A stretch of DNA of 64,000 bases, from positions 192,001 to 256,000 of the forward strand of contig CAVSGO010000006.1 in the NCBI GenBank assembly GCA_963727525.1, read 5' to 3'. The translations under genes and the position numbers were made by a program. The notes beneath the pieces are model-generated. The model ran no database searches and was not told where the DNA came from. It saw only the letters and a list, made by a program, of their open reading frames with translations. Within the stretch, counting starts at the first letter, position 1. Every line of letters begins with the position of its first letter. Source of the DNA: an uncultured bacterium. GTDB taxonomy: Bacteria; Krumholzibacteriota; Krumholzibacteriia; LZORAL124-64-63. Positions 28,586-41,091 of this stretch are shown one piece after another.

Positions 28586-29506
28586 ATGACGCCGATTCGC
28601 ACTCTCGACCAGCTCGTCGCCAGCGTCAAGGGTCAGCCCTCGCGCCGTGTGGCCGTGGCGGCGGGACACGATCCCAACACCATCCAGGCCGCGGCGCGCG
28701 CGGCGCAGGAAGACATCGCCGTCGTCACCCTCGTGGGCGACGCCTCCCGCATCGCGGCGTTGTGCCGGGAGCACGGTCTGGACGCCGGCGTGTTCACGAT
28801 CGTCGACGAGAAGGACGAGGCGAAGGCGGGCGCGGAGGCGGTGCGGCGCGTGCGCGAGGGCGAGGCCGACGTGCTCATGAAGGGGCTCATCGGCACCGAC
28901 AAGTACATGCGCCTGATCCTGGACAAGGAACGCGGTCTGCTGCCGCCGAAAGCCGTGCTCAGTCACGTGACGGTGCTCGACATCCCGGCCTACCAGAAGA
29001 CCCACGGCAAGCTGCTCTTCGTGGCGGACGTGGCCATCATCCCCGATCCCGACCTGGCCACCAAGGTGCAGATCGCGCAGTACGTGATCGACGCCGCCCA
29101 CGCCTTCGGCATCCCCGAGCCGCGGATCGCCCTGGTGGCGGCCACCGAGAAGGTGAACCCGAAGATGCCGGCCTGTGTCGACGCGGCTCTCATCACGCAG
29201 ATGAATCGGCGCGGCCAGGTCAAGGGCGCCATCGTCGACGGACCACTCGCGCTGGACGTGGCGCTCAGCCCCGAGGCTTGTAAGATCAAGGGATTGACGA
29301 CCCCGGTCGATGGCGCGGCTGACGGTCTCGTGTTCCCTAACATAGAGAGTGGCAACGTCTTCTACAAGTCGGCCACGGTGTTAGGCGGTGCGCGGCTGGC
29401 GGCCGCGGTGATCGGCACCACGGCGCCGTGCGTCCTGACCAGCCGGGCCGACGATGAGGAGAGCAAGTTTCTGTCGATCGCTCTGGGGTGCCGTCTGGCC
29501 CGCTGA
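28586..29506 (+). CDS. ptb: Phosphate butyryltransferase
   Basis: ADVLMKG, DGPLALDVA, PNIESGN, LTSRAD. Confidence 0.9.
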   Translation: MTPIRTLDQLVASVKGQPSRRVAVAAGHDPNTIQAAARAAQEDIAVVTLVGDASRIAALCREHGLDAGVFTIVDEKDEAKAGAEAVRRVREGEADVLMKGLIGTDKYMRLILDKERGLLPPKAVLSHVTVLDIPAYQKTHGKLLFVADVAIIPDPDLATKVQIAQYVIDAAHAFGIPEPRIALVAATEKVNPKMPACVDAALITQMNRRGQVKGAIVDGPLALDVALSPEACKIKGLTTPVDGAADGLVFPNIESGNVFYKSATVLGGARLAAAVIGTTAPCVLTSRADDEESKFLSIALGCRLAR

Positions 29507-29653
29507 TGCGCGCCGTCCGGCGCGGAAAAAGATTCAAAAAACCGCTATAAAACTGCGGTATTTTGTGGCCTTCGCGACCGGATCGCGCTATCGTTCGCGA
29601 TGGCATGGAAGCCAAGTGCCAGCGACCTCAGCATTAAAAAGGAGAGAACGCCC

Positions 29654-30007
29654 ATGGCTAAGAAGGCTGCGAAGAAGGCTGCGAAGGCGCCCGCGAAGGC
29701 TGCGTCGGTGAAGGCCCCGACCCGCAACGAAGTCTACCGCGACATCGCCGCGAAGACCGGTCTAACCCGCAAGGACGTCGTCAAGGTGTGCGACGCCCTG
29801 AGCAACTCCATGGTCCAGTCGGTGAAGAAGCACGGCAATTTCAACCTGCTGGGCCTGATGAAGCTCACGCTGGTCAAGAAGCCGGCCGTGGCCGGTGGCA
29901 AGCTCGTGCGCAATCCGTTCACCGGCGAGATGGTGAAGCAGAAGGCCAAGCCGGCGTCGCGCTCGGTTCGTGTGCGTCCGCTGAAGGCCATCAAGGATCG
30001 CCTCTAG
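29654..30007 (+). CDS. HU-family DNA-binding protein with Lys/Ala-rich N-terminal tail
   Basis: RNPFTGE arm, KPASRSVRVRPLK; AAGGAG RBS. Confidence 0.9.
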   Translation: MAKKAAKKAAKAPAKAASVKAPTRNEVYRDIAAKTGLTRKDVVKVCDALSNSMVQSVKKHGNFNLLGLMKLTLVKKPAVAGGKLVRNPFTGEMVKQKAKPASRSVRVRPLKAIKDRL

Positions 30008-30053
30008 TAAGAACGCGTCCTCGAAAGCATGCGTTCTTGTTCTCGCGATGCCG

Positions 30054-30090
30054 AAACGACCCCCGCGCCTCGTTGGCGGGGGTCGTTTTT
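30054..30090 (+). terminator. Intrinsic terminator after HU
   Basis: AAACGACCCCCGC...GCGGGGGTCGTTTTT. Confidence 0.75.
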
Positions 30091-30131
30091 CGACCACACC
30101 CGTACCGCGATCGTGAAGTGAAGCGTCGTCC

Positions 30132-31778
<1,647 letters not shown>

Positions 31779-31849
31779 GTACCGTATACGCGTCGACTCG
31801 ATCACGCGTCGTTTTGGCCGGTTTACCTCGGTAGCCCTACCTTGAACCC

Positions 31850-34027
31850 ATGAAGCCCCCGCGCACCTGGACCTGGCTGGTCGGCTTGCTGATCGTCGGT
31901 AGCCTGTCCCCGGGATGCCGCGGGCACGACCCATCCGGGCAGGCGGCGGCTCATTCGAGTCTCCGTACTTCCGACCTAGGACACTCCATGCATACCAACC
32001 GCCTGGCCCGGGAAAAGTCACCGTATCTGCTCCAGCATCAGCACAATCCGGTGGATTGGTATCCGTGGGGCGAGGAGGCCTTCGCCAGGGCTCGCCAGGA
32101 TGGCAAGCCCATCTTCCTCAGCATCGGGTACTCGACGTGCCACTGGTGTCACGTCATGGAACGGGAGTCGTTCGAGGATTCGACGGTGGCGGCGTTTCTC
32201 AACACGCACTTCGTTGCCATCAAGGTCGATCGTGAGGAACGACCGGACGTCGACGAGATCTACATGACCTTCGTGCAGGCGACGGCAGGACAGGGCGGGT
32301 GGCCGCTGAACGTGTTCCTCACACCGGACCTGAAGCCGTTCTTCGGCGGCACCTACTGGCCGCCCGCGGATCGGTACGGCCGCGCCGGGTTCCTGACCGT
32401 GCTCCAACAGATTCGGCAGGCCTGGCAGATCCGGCGCGACGAGGTTACCGCGTCGGCAGACGATATCCATCGCCACCTCGAACAGGCCGTGCAGCCGCAC
32501 GACGCCGGCCGCGACTCGCTCGTGGCTGCCGTCGTCGAGCGGGCCGGCTTGCAAATGAAGGACGGATTCGACGCCGCGAACGGCGGCTGGGGCCACGCGC
32601 CCAAATTTCCCTCGCCGAGCTACCCTGCGTTCCTGTTGATGTACGGCACGGAGTACGAGGATCGCGAGGCCGTGGACATGGTCCTGCGCACGGCCAACGC
32701 GATGGCGGCCGGCGGCATCCACGATCAGCTCGGGGGCGGCTTCCATCGCTACGCGGTCGATGAGAAGTGGCTCGTCCCACACTTCGAGAAGATGCTCTAT
32801 GACAATGCCCAGCTACTGAATCTCTATCTGGATTGTTACCAGGTCAGCGGCGACGTCCGGTACGCCGAGGTGGCCCGCGGTATCGTCGCGTACGTGCGGC
32901 GCGACATGACGCATCCCGGCGGCGGCTTCTATTCCGCCGAGGATGCCGACAGCGAGGGCAAGGAAGGCAAGTTCTTCTGCTGGACGCAAGACGAGCTGGG
33001 TCGCCTTCTGACGGACGACGAACGCGAGGTCGTCGTCCGGTACTACGGTGTGACCGCCGGCGGCAACTTCGTCGATCACAGCGATCCCGAGCCGCTGCCA
33101 GGTCTCAATGTCCTGAGTGTCGTGGATACGACCCTGACGATCGACGACCGCGCGCGACTCGCCTCCGGCAAGGCGAAGCTGCTCCGCGCGCGAAGCCAGC
33201 GCGTGCGGCCGTATCGAGACGACAAGATCCTCACCTCGTGGAACGGCCTGATGCTGGGCGCGCTGGCGCGCGCATCGGTGGTTCTCGATGACGCGGCGTC
33301 CCGGGAGGCGGCCGAGCGGAACCTGACGTTCCTGCAAGACCATCTCTGGGACGAATCGACGCACACCCTGCACCACCGCTGGCGCGACGGCGCCTGCGAT
33401 TCCGTGCAACTGCTCGACGACTACGCCTTTCTCCTGGCAGGCACCCTGGAGCTGTACCAGGCGACGCTCCAGCCGGCGCCGCTCGCCTTCGCCGTCGAGC
33501 TGGCGGACGCCTTGATGCTGCGATTCACCGATGGTGATCACGGTGGATTCTGGCAGAGCGGATCGCAGGGCGGAGATCTCATCCTGCGGGTGAAGATCGA
33601 CCGCGACGGGGTGGAGCCCTCCGGGAATTCCGTGGCCGCCCGCGCCCTGCTGAAGCTCGCGGCCATCACCGCGCGTCCGGACTATCGCGCAGCCGCCGAT
33701 GCCTGCCTCCAGGCACTTGCCCCGCGACTCGTGCAGACGCCGCGGGCGGTGCCGTACCTGCTGGCCGCTCTGGACTTCGCCGTTACCGAGCCCCGCCGCG
33801 TGGTGCTCGCCGGCGACCCCGCGACGGCCGCCGCCGCCGCCCTGATCCAGGCTGCTCATGCGGTCTACCAGCCGCGCAAAGTGGTGCTGGGGACGACTGG
33901 TCCCGTCGACGCTTTCGCGCGGACCCTGCCGGCCCGGGACGGCCAGCCGACGGTCTACCTCTGTACGGGCCAGGCCTGTCAGCCGCCCACCCACGAGCCC
34001 GGGCAGGTTACGACGCTGCTGCGCTGA
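31850..34027 (+). CDS. YyaL/SPATA20-like thioredoxin-domain protein (alternative start 31988)
   Basis: [51 protein letters not shown]. Confidence 0.92.
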   Translation: MKPPRTWTWLVGLLIVGSLSPGCRGHDPSGQAAAHSSLRTSDLGHSMHTNRLAREKSPYLLQHQHNPVDWYPWGEEAFARARQDGKPIFLSIGYSTCHWCHVMERESFEDSTVAAFLNTHFVAIKVDREERPDVDEIYMTFVQATAGQGGWPLNVFLTPDLKPFFGGTYWPPADRYGRAGFLTVLQQIRQAWQIRRDEVTASADDIHRHLEQAVQPHDAGRDSLVAAVVERAGLQMKDGFDAANGGWGHAPKFPSPSYPAFLLMYGTEYEDREAVDMVLRTANAMAAGGIHDQLGGGFHRYAVDEKWLVPHFEKMLYDNAQLLNLYLDCYQVSGDVRYAEVARGIVAYVRRDMTHPGGGFYSAEDADSEGKEGKFFCWTQDELGRLLTDDEREVVVRYYGVTAGGNFVDHSDPEPLPGLNVLSVVDTTLTIDDRARLASGKAKLLRARSQRVRPYRDDKILTSWNGLMLGALARASVVLDDAASREAAERNLTFLQDHLWDESTHTLHHRWRDGACDSVQLLDDYAFLLAGTLELYQATLQPAPLAFAVELADALMLRFTDGDHGGFWQSGSQGGDLILRVKIDRDGVEPSGNSVAARALLKLAAITARPDYRAAADACLQALAPRLVQTPRAVPYLLAALDFAVTEPRRVVLAGDPATAAAAALIQAAHAVYQPRKVVLGTTGPVDAFARTLPARDGQPTVYLCTGQACQPPTHEPGQVTTLLR

Positions 34028-34082
34028 CACCCGGGACATCCGCGGTAGCGGCATCGATCACCCCGGGGTTACCATCCCTGTC

Positions 34083-34484
34083 ATGGAACCACGTGAGCAC
34101 ACCAGCCCCGGAATCGACGCCACGCCGGTAGGGCGTGCGACATCGCGCCGGCACGCCGCCGAAGATGTCTGGTTCTCGGAGCGATGGTTCGACGTCTCCG
34201 TGAATCGCCTCGTCGACGGCCAGTACCACCTGACCATCGCTTACCACTGCCACCCGCGCTGGGAAAACGAGCGCGACCGTCCGCACCTGGCAGCCTTCGT
34301 TTGCCGCTCCCCGCGCGACGTGCACCGCATCCTCAACGACTACGACTACCGCGGCCACATCCAGGTCGACTTCGTCCCCGAGGGCAGGCTCGACTTCGTC
34401 GAGCGCACGGTGGCGTACACCGATCGCCTCGTGTTCGATGTACGTACCGCGGTGCGCGGCCTCCTGCCGGCGCTGCGCGGCTGA
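34083..34484 (+). CDS. Hypothetical protein
   Basis: GC3-rich codons filling the gap between yyaL-like and nhaA; no family recognised. Confidence 0.55.
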   Translation: MEPREHTSPGIDATPVGRATSRRHAAEDVWFSERWFDVSVNRLVDGQYHLTIAYHCHPRWENERDRPHLAAFVCRSPRDVHRILNDYDYRGHIQVDFVPEGRLDFVERTVAYTDRLVFDVRTAVRGLLPALRG

Positions 34485-34544
34485 AGCAGCCGCGAGCATC
34501 CTCGTCTACCTCGAGTCGACCACCGAGAAAGGACCGATTCGACC

Positions 34545-35726
34545 ATGGCCGAACCGTATGTCCAGTCCCCGGCACCCGACGCTCCCATCCGCAAGGTCAT
34601 CGACCCGATCACGCGATTCATGCACGTGGAGGCTGCCAGCGGCGTGGTTCTGCTCGCTTGCGCCGTCATCGCCTTCGCGCTCGCCAACTCGCCCTGGCAC
34701 GAGGCGTTCCTCGGTTTCTGGAAGCATGAGGTGGGCTTCAGGCTGGGCGGGTTCGCCATGCACCACTCGCTGAAACACTGGATCAACGACGGGCTCATGG
34801 CCGTGTTCTTCTTCGTCGTGGGTCTCGAAGTGAAGCGGGAACTCGTGGCCGGCGAGCTGCGCGACCCGCGCCGGGCCGTGCTGCCGGTGGCCGCAGCGTT
34901 CGGCGGCATGGTGGTGCCGGCGGCGATCTACTTCGCACTGCAGTCGGGCACGGAGCACGCCCATGGCTGGGCCGTGCCCATGGCCACCGACATCGCGTTC
35001 GTGGTGGGCTGCCTCGCCTTGCTCGGCGACCGCGTGCCGCGCGTACTGCGCGCGACGCTCCTGTCGCTGGCCATCGTCGACGACATCGGCGCCATCCTCG
35101 TGATCGCGTTCGTCTTCACATCAGGGCTGAACCTCACCGCGTTGCTGCTCGGCCTGGCCGGGCTAGGTGCGGTGGTGGGGCTGCGGAAGCTGGGTGTACG
35201 CCACTTCAGCGTGTACACGGTGGCCGGTGTGCTCGTGTGGGTGGCGTTCCACGAGTCGGGTATTCACGCGACCATAGCCGGCGTGGTGCTGGGGCTGCTC
35301 ACGCCGCTGGAGCCGCTCGAGCACCTGGAGGAGAAGCTGCACCCGTGGACGAGCTTCGTCGTCATGCCCGTTTTCGCCCTCGCCAATGCGGGGGTGCCGT
35401 TCCAGGTGGCCGACCTGGGCGATCCCGTGGCCCTGGCTGTGGCGGCGGGCCTGGTGCTGGGCAAGCCCCTGGGCGTGCTGTTGGCGGCATTCGTGGTGGT
35501 GAAGCTCGTGACGCGGACGTTGCCCGAGGGACTGACGTGGCGCATCATGCTGGGGGCCGGCGCCCTGGCGGGCATCGGTTTCACCATGTCGCTCTTCATC
35601 GCCAACCTCGCGCTCGACGAGCCGGGGCTGGGCGCGGCCAAGGTAGGCGTGCTGGGCGCCTCGGTCCTGGCGGCGACGCTGGGCATGCTCACGCTGCGCG
35701 CAGTGCTGCCCGGTCGGTCTGGCTAG
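34545..35726 (+). CDS. nhaA: Na+/H+ antiporter NhaA
   Basis: [36 protein letters not shown]. Confidence 0.95.
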   Translation: MAEPYVQSPAPDAPIRKVIDPITRFMHVEAASGVVLLACAVIAFALANSPWHEAFLGFWKHEVGFRLGGFAMHHSLKHWINDGLMAVFFFVVGLEVKRELVAGELRDPRRAVLPVAAAFGGMVVPAAIYFALQSGTEHAHGWAVPMATDIAFVVGCLALLGDRVPRVLRATLLSLAIVDDIGAILVIAFVFTSGLNLTALLLGLAGLGAVVGLRKLGVRHFSVYTVAGVLVWVAFHESGIHATIAGVVLGLLTPLEPLEHLEEKLHPWTSFVVMPVFALANAGVPFQVADLGDPVALAVAAGLVLGKPLGVLLAAFVVVKLVTRTLPEGLTWRIMLGAGALAGIGFTMSLFIANLALDEPGLGAAKVGVLGASVLAATLGMLTLRAVLPGRSG

Positions 35727-37753
35727 GGCACGTTGCGCCGCAGCTCCTCGAGCCAGGGCGCCGCGGTGGCATCGCTGGGCGCTCGCCAGTCGCCACGCGG
35801 GGAGAGCGACCCGCCGGACGTGAGCTTCGGTCCGTTGGGGATGGCCGACCGCTTGAACTGACTCTGCGCGAAGAACCGGGTGAGGAATACCTCGAGCCAG
35901 TGCTTGATCGTGGGCAGGTCGTGGGCGTGGCGATCGGCCGCCGCGATGCCGGGCGGCCAGGTGCCGCGCGCGATGTCCTCCCAGGCCTCGAGCGCGAGGT
36001 ACGCCACCTTGCTCGGACGCAGACCGTAACGTGTGAGGTAATAGAGGTTGAAGTCCTGCAGCTCGTAGGGCCCTACCACCGACTGCGTGCTCTGCAGGGC
36101 GGCGCCCGGCACCAGTTCCGGCGACACCTCCGTGGCCAGCACGCGGTCGAGCACGTCGCTCACCTCGGGGCCGAAGATATCCTGCGCACTCACCCAGCGG
36201 ATGAGGTGCTGGATCAGCGTCTTGGCCACGGACGCGTTCACCGCGTAGTGCGACATCTGGTCGCCCACGCCATACGTGCACCAGCCCAGGGCCAGCTCCG
36301 ACAGGTCTCCGGTGCCCACCACCAGGCCGCCTTCCTGATTCGCCAGACGAAAGAGCAGGTCGGTCCGCGCGCCGGCCTGCACGTTCTCGAAGGTGACGTC
36401 GTACACCGCTTCGCCACGGGCGAAGGGATGGTCGATATCGGCCAGGAGCTGGCGGGCCAGCGGCGTGATGTCGATCTCGCGCGCGTCGATGCCCAGCTCG
36501 CGCATCAGCTCCCAGGCGTTTGCTTTCGTCTCGTCGCTGGTGGCGAAGCCGGGCAAGGTGACGCCGATGATATCGGCGCGGTCGCGTCCCATGAGATCGA
36601 AGGCGCGGCAGGTCACGAGCAGGGCCTGGGTGGAATCGAGTCCGCCGGAGACGCCGATCACGGCCCTGGCGATGCTGGCCGACTGCAACCGCGTCATCAG
36701 CGCGGCCACCTGGATGTTGGTGGCCTCGTAACAGTCACGTTCCAGGCGGGTGGGATCGTGGGGCACGAAGGGGAAGCGGTCGATCGCGCGCGCCAGACGC
36801 ACCTCGGCCGCGGGCGGATCCAGCCGGAACGGGATGCGGCGCACGGTGCGCACATCGTCGCGTTGCAGGGCGGCGTCACGGAAGGTGCCGAAGCGCACCC
36901 GTTCCTGTACGAGCCGCTCCACGTCGATGTCGGCGGTGATGAACGTGCTCTCGAGCGGGAAGCGGCGCGACTCGGCCAGCTTCTCGCCCATCTCGAACAC
37001 TGCGAGATGCCCGTCCCACGCCAGGTCGGTGGTGCTCTCGCCATGACCGGCGGCGGAGTAGAGATACGCGGCCACGCAGCGGCGCGACTGCCCATCGCAC
37101 AGCGCATTGCGATCGTCGGCCTTGCCGATCACGATGTTGCTGGCCGAAAGATTCGCCAGCACCGTGGCGCCGGCCAGCGCCAGCCGCGTGGACGGCGGCG
37201 TGGGCGCCCACACGTCCTCGCAAATCTCCACGCCGAGGGTGTAGCCGGGGTAGTCGTCGGCCACGAAAATCAGGTCGGCCCCAAAGGGCACGTCCTGGCC
37301 GAGCAGCGTGATCGCGTCTCGCGTGGCGTGCGCGGCCGTGGCGAAGTGCCGCTTCTCGTAGAACTCCCGGTAATTGGGCAGGAAGCTCTTGGGCACCGCG
37401 CCGAGCACGTGCCCGCGATGGATGATGACGGCGGTGTTGTATAGCGCGCCGTCCACGCGCAGGGGCGCGCCCACGATGAGCGTGGGAAAGAGCGTCGCGC
37501 TGGCCGCGATCAGCGACGCCAGGCCCTCCAGCACCGCGTCATGCAACGCATCCTGCATGAGCAGATCGTCGATGGCGTACCCGCTCAAACCCAGCTCCGG
37601 AAACAACACCAGCGCGGCGCGCTGCTCGTGGGCGCGCCGGGCGAGCGCGAGCGTCTCGGCCGCATTGGTCGCCGGATCGGCGGGCGCGATGGTGGGCGCG
37701 CAGGCGGTTACGCGGACGAAGCCGTGGGCATAGAGGGAGCGGAAGGGGGCCAT
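35723..37753 (-). CDS. nadE: Glutamine-dependent NAD+ synthetase
   Basis: Nitrilase domain (FPEL, PK, ICED) plus SGGLDST, TGDLSE, SQFKR, LSPRGDW. Confidence 0.95.
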   Translation of the reverse strand: MAPFRSLYAHGFVRVTACAPTIAPADPATNAAETLALARRAHEQRAALVLFPELGLSGYAIDDLLMQDALHDAVLEGLASLIAASATLFPTLIVGAPLRVDGALYNTAVIIHRGHVLGAVPKSFLPNYREFYEKRHFATAAHATRDAITLLGQDVPFGADLIFVADDYPGYTLGVEICEDVWAPTPPSTRLALAGATVLANLSASNIVIGKADDRNALCDGQSRRCVAAYLYSAAGHGESTTDLAWDGHLAVFEMGEKLAESRRFPLESTFITADIDVERLVQERVRFGTFRDAALQRDDVRTVRRIPFRLDPPAAEVRLARAIDRFPFVPHDPTRLERDCYEATNIQVAALMTRLQSASIARAVIGVSGGLDSTQALLVTCRAFDLMGRDRADIIGVTLPGFATSDETKANAWELMRELGIDAREIDITPLARQLLADIDHPFARGEAVYDVTFENVQAGARTDLLFRLANQEGGLVVGTGDLSELALGWCTYGVGDQMSHYAVNASVAKTLIQHLIRWVSAQDIFGPEVSDVLDRVLATEVSPELVPGAALQSTQSVVGPYELQDFNLYYLTRYGLRPSKVAYLALEAWEDIARGTWPPGIAAADRHAHDLPTIKHWLEVFLTRFFAQSQFKRSAIPNGPKLTSGGSLSPRGDWRAPSDATAAPWLEELRRNVP

Positions 37754-37910
37754 GGCGATCCTGTCGGTCGAGGGGGCCGTGGTCTCGTTGCTCTCCAAGT
37801 TGAGCGCGAAAGGGCACGCGTCAAGGGCGCAAGCCATGGTGCCGGCACCACGATGGAATCTTGCCCCGGCTGGGTCGATATGTCGTCACCCCTGCCCGAG
37901 CCGGTGTCGG

Positions 37911-38657
37911 TCACCGCAGCAGCAACCGCACCGCGAACACCACGATCACCACCAGCACGAGGCGGCGCAACCACGCGTGGCCCTTGGCGATGGCCAGGCG
38001 CGTGCCCAGCCAGCCGCCCAGCGCGTTGCCGGCAGCCAGCGCAATGCCGAGGTGCCAGTTCACCTCGTGGTGCACGATGAACACGATCAAGGCCGTGACG
38101 GTGAACGCGCCGACCACGAACACCTTGATGGCATTGATACGCACCAGGTCGAGACCGTGCACGAGCAAACCCGTGATGACCAGGAAGCCCACGCCGGCCT
38201 GGATGAACCCCCCGTACATGCCGATGGCGAAGAACGAGACCACGAGCACCGCCGTCCTCGCGGTACCCAGCCGCGCCACGTCGACGCGTAGCCGCTTCGC
38301 TGGATCGATCACCATCACCACGCACACGCCCAGCATCACGGCGGCGAGGATGCGCTTGAAGAGCTGATCGTCGATATCCACGGCCAGGCGCGCTCCCAGC
38401 GCTCCGCCCACCAGCGCGGGCGCCGTGCACAACAATGCCAGACGCCACGGCAAAAGCCCGCGCTGCTGGAAGCCCCGCACCGCGACGATATTCTGCGCGA
38501 GGATGGCGACGCGATTGGTGCCATTGGCCACGGCCGCCGGCAGGCCTACCCAGATCAGCACCGGCAGTACGAGCAACGAACCCCCACCGGCCAGCACGTT
38601 GAGGATGCCGGCCACGAGTCCGACCGCGAACAGGAGCAGAGCGTGGAGGGGATTCAC
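37911..38657 (-). CDS. Sulfite exporter TauE/SafE family protein
   Basis: NVLAGGGSL, ANGTNR, YGGFIQAGVG. Confidence 0.9.
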   Translation of the reverse strand: MNPLHALLLFAVGLVAGILNVLAGGGSLLVLPVLIWVGLPAAVANGTNRVAILAQNIVAVRGFQQRGLLPWRLALLCTAPALVGGALGARLAVDIDDQLFKRILAAVMLGVCVVMVIDPAKRLRVDVARLGTARTAVLVVSFFAIGMYGGFIQAGVGFLVITGLLVHGLDLVRINAIKVFVVGAFTVTALIVFIVHHEVNWHLGIALAAGNALGGWLGTRLAIAKGHAWLRRLVLVVIVVFAVRLLLR

Positions 38658-38972
38658 GAAGATGTCCTCGCTGGTGTCCGCGCCGTACGACCCGTCCCGA
38701 GGTCGCGCCATCATCGTACAGCGCAGCGCCGCAAAGGCAACCCCCGGTCGGCTGGCGAGACCGCCGCAGCCACCATACGTTCTCGATGACGCACGCCGAA
38801 GGTGATTCCGCCGTGCGCGTCCTCATCGTGGACGTCGGGAGACCTCGTCGATGCCGGCGCCAATCTGTTCTCCTGGGCGGGTCGCTGTGTACGAGTTCCT
38901 GAGCTCTGACATTGGATCTGACCCGGTTTTCCGGACACTGTGTTACTTTCGTAGCGAAGGGAGCCACCGACC

Positions 38973-39671
38973 ATGACACCGCATCTCGCCGCCAAGCCCG
39001 GTGACATCGCCGACCGCGTGCTGCTGCCCGGAGATCCGCTGCGCGCCCGCCACATCGCCGAGACCTATCTGAACGACGCCGTCTGCTACAACGAGGTCCG
39101 TGGCATGCTGGGCTTCACCGGCACCTACAAGGGCAAGCGCGTTTCGGTGCAGGGAACGGGCATGGGCGTGCCGTCCCTCTCCATCTATGTCCACGAGCTC
39201 ATGGCCGACTACGGGGTGAAGCGCGCGATCCGTGTCGGCACCTGCGGGTCGCTGCAGGAGCACGTGGGCCTGCGCGATGTGATCCTGGCCATGAGCGCGT
39301 CCACAGACTCCGCGATCAACCGGATCCGCTTCGCGGGGAAGGACTACGCCCCCACGGCCGACGCCGACCTGCTGTTCGCGGCCCGGGATGCCGCCAAAGC
39401 CATGAACCTGACCATCCACGCCGGGGCCGTGCTGACATCGGACACGTTCTATGACGACGATCCCGACAGCTGGCGCATCTGGGCCAGATTCGGCGTGCTG
39501 GCCGTGGAGATGGAGACCGCGGCACTGTACACGCTGGCGGCCGGGTTCGGTGCCCAGGCGCTTTCGGTGTTGACGGTGAGCGACCATCTCGTTCGGGGCG
39601 AAGGGGCGACGCCGCTGGAGCGGCAACAGGCGTTCGGGAGCATGATGGAGCTGGCGCTGGAGACGATTTGA
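38973..39671 (+). CDS. deoD: Purine-nucleoside phosphorylase DeoD-type
   Basis: [28 protein letters not shown]. Confidence 0.95.
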   Translation: MTPHLAAKPGDIADRVLLPGDPLRARHIAETYLNDAVCYNEVRGMLGFTGTYKGKRVSVQGTGMGVPSLSIYVHELMADYGVKRAIRVGTCGSLQEHVGLRDVILAMSASTDSAINRIRFAGKDYAPTADADLLFAARDAAKAMNLTIHAGAVLTSDTFYDDDPDSWRIWARFGVLAVEMETAALYTLAAGFGAQALSVLTVSDHLVRGEGATPLERQQAFGSMMELALETI

Positions 39672-39678
39672 AGCCGAG

Positions 39679-40906
39679 GGTTGTACCTGCGAAATTGTGC
39701 ATGGCCCGGTGCTTGCCTGACCCGAGGCCATGTGCCCGTCGACCTCACCCGCAACTCAACCCTGGTCCCCTCCTCACTGCCCCAACCCCAACTGCCACCA
39801 CCACCACCACATGCACGGCCCCTGGCCCTTCCTCAGGCGCGGATACTTCCGACGACTCAACCCGCCCCACCTCGTCCCCCGCTTCCAGTGCCGACACTGC
39901 GGCCGATCCTTCTCCAAGCAGACCTTCTCCACCACCTACTGGCTCAAGAAGCCGCTTCTGCTGCCCCTGATCCTCGATCTCTCCGTCAACGCCATGGCCA
40001 ACCGCCAGGCGGCCCGGACGCTCAAATGTGCTCCCGCGACCGCCGATCTCCAGCTCGCCCGCCTCGGCCGCCACTGCCTGCTCTTTCAGCGACACATGCT
40101 CACCGGGGCGTCTCCCCCCGCTGACATCGCCATCGATGGCTTCGTCACCTTCGAGTACAGCCAGGACTACCCGTTCGAGTTCCTGGTCGCCGTCAACCGG
40201 GACAACAGCTTCGTCGAGCACTTCACCGAGGCGCCGCAGCGGCGTAGCGGCCGGATGACCGGGGCCCAGAAGAGGCGCCGAGCGGCGCTCGAAGCCGCGT
40301 TCGGGACGCCTGACCCGAAAGCTGTCGAGCAAGGGATGCGCGAGGTGCTCGAGGTCACCCTGGCGGGGGCCACCGTGGCGACGGTGCATAGCGACGAGCA
40401 TCAGGCCTATCCGCGGGCGATGCGGGGACTGGCCGTTGAAATCGACCACCAGACGATCAGTTCGCGGGCGAAGCGGGATGCTCGCAATCCGCTGTTCGAG
40501 ATCAATGCGCTGGATGCATTCATCCGGCACAGTCGGGCGGATCATCGGCGGGAGACGATCGCGTTCGCACGGCGCCGCCAGGCTGCGGCGGAGCGATTCG
40601 CGGTGTTCGTGGTGTGGAAGAACTTCGTGAAGAAGCGCTGGGAGAAGCGGTGCTTGTCGACGCCGGCGATGTTGCGGGGGCTTGTGGCGCGGCGGTTGAC
40701 GGTGGCAGACATCCTGGAGACGCGGTTGTTTCCGGGGCGGATCGGGTTGCCTGAGAGATGGCGGGAGTACTACTGGGGTCTGGTGGAGACACCGGTGGTG
40801 GGGGTGAATCGGCGGCACGAGCTGAAGTACGCGTTCTAGAAGCGGGTGCGGCGGTCGGTGAATTCCGGCCGCGGAACCCGGCATGCACAATTTCGCAGGT
40901 ACAACC
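39679..40906 (+). mobile_element. Complete insertion sequence (~1228 bp), IS1/IS1595-like DDE lineage
   Basis: Perfect 25-bp terminal IRs GGTTGTACCTGCGAAATTGTGCATG (39679-39703 / 40882-40906), flanked by the direct repeat CGAG (or CCGAGG if each end is 1 bp shorter). Confidence 0.9.
39730..40839 (+). CDS. Transposase (Zn ribbon, HTH, DDE-like core)
   Basis: CPNPNC...CRHC, RQAARTL HTH, AIDG, HSDE, RRETIAF, TPAM. Confidence 0.85.
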   Translation: MCPSTSPATQPWSPPHCPNPNCHHHHHMHGPWPFLRRGYFRRLNPPHLVPRFQCRHCGRSFSKQTFSTTYWLKKPLLLPLILDLSVNAMANRQAARTLKCAPATADLQLARLGRHCLLFQRHMLTGASPPADIAIDGFVTFEYSQDYPFEFLVAVNRDNSFVEHFTEAPQRRSGRMTGAQKRRRAALEAAFGTPDPKAVEQGMREVLEVTLAGATVATVHSDEHQAYPRAMRGLAVEIDHQTISSRAKRDARNPLFEINALDAFIRHSRADHRRETIAFARRRQAAAERFAVFVVWKNFVKKRWEKRCLSTPAMLRGLVARRLTVADILETRLFPGRIGLPERWREYYWGLVETPVVGVNRRHELKYAF

Positions 40907-41091
40907 CGAGGCTCGAATAACTCGCGTAGGCCGCCGGGTCGACACTTGTTCTGCTGGCGTGTGGGATATCTGGCGGGTGCCGAACACGCCCAGTCTTGTG
41001 ACCCACACGCAGGCCATAAGCGCTCCGATTCGCGCTGACGCTGTGGTATACCTATTCTTGACGAAATGGATTATCCCGAGGAGGTGACGCC

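Noticed and set aside
29654-29720. GAAGGCTGC-type tandem repeats
   Set aside because: They encode the ordinary Lys/Ala tail (KKAA) of the HU protein
35237-37444. Long antisense or alternative-frame ORFs (also 42939-44993, 59961-62060, 21558-23267, 25608-27302)
   Set aside because: Shadow ORFs of well-supported genes, expected in high-GC DNA; their translations are Arg/Ala/Gly-rich with no motifs
39795-39810. (CCA)n tract as a phase-variable repeat
   Set aside because: In-frame triplets encoding a His run in the transposase Zn ribbon; part of the C-rich skew
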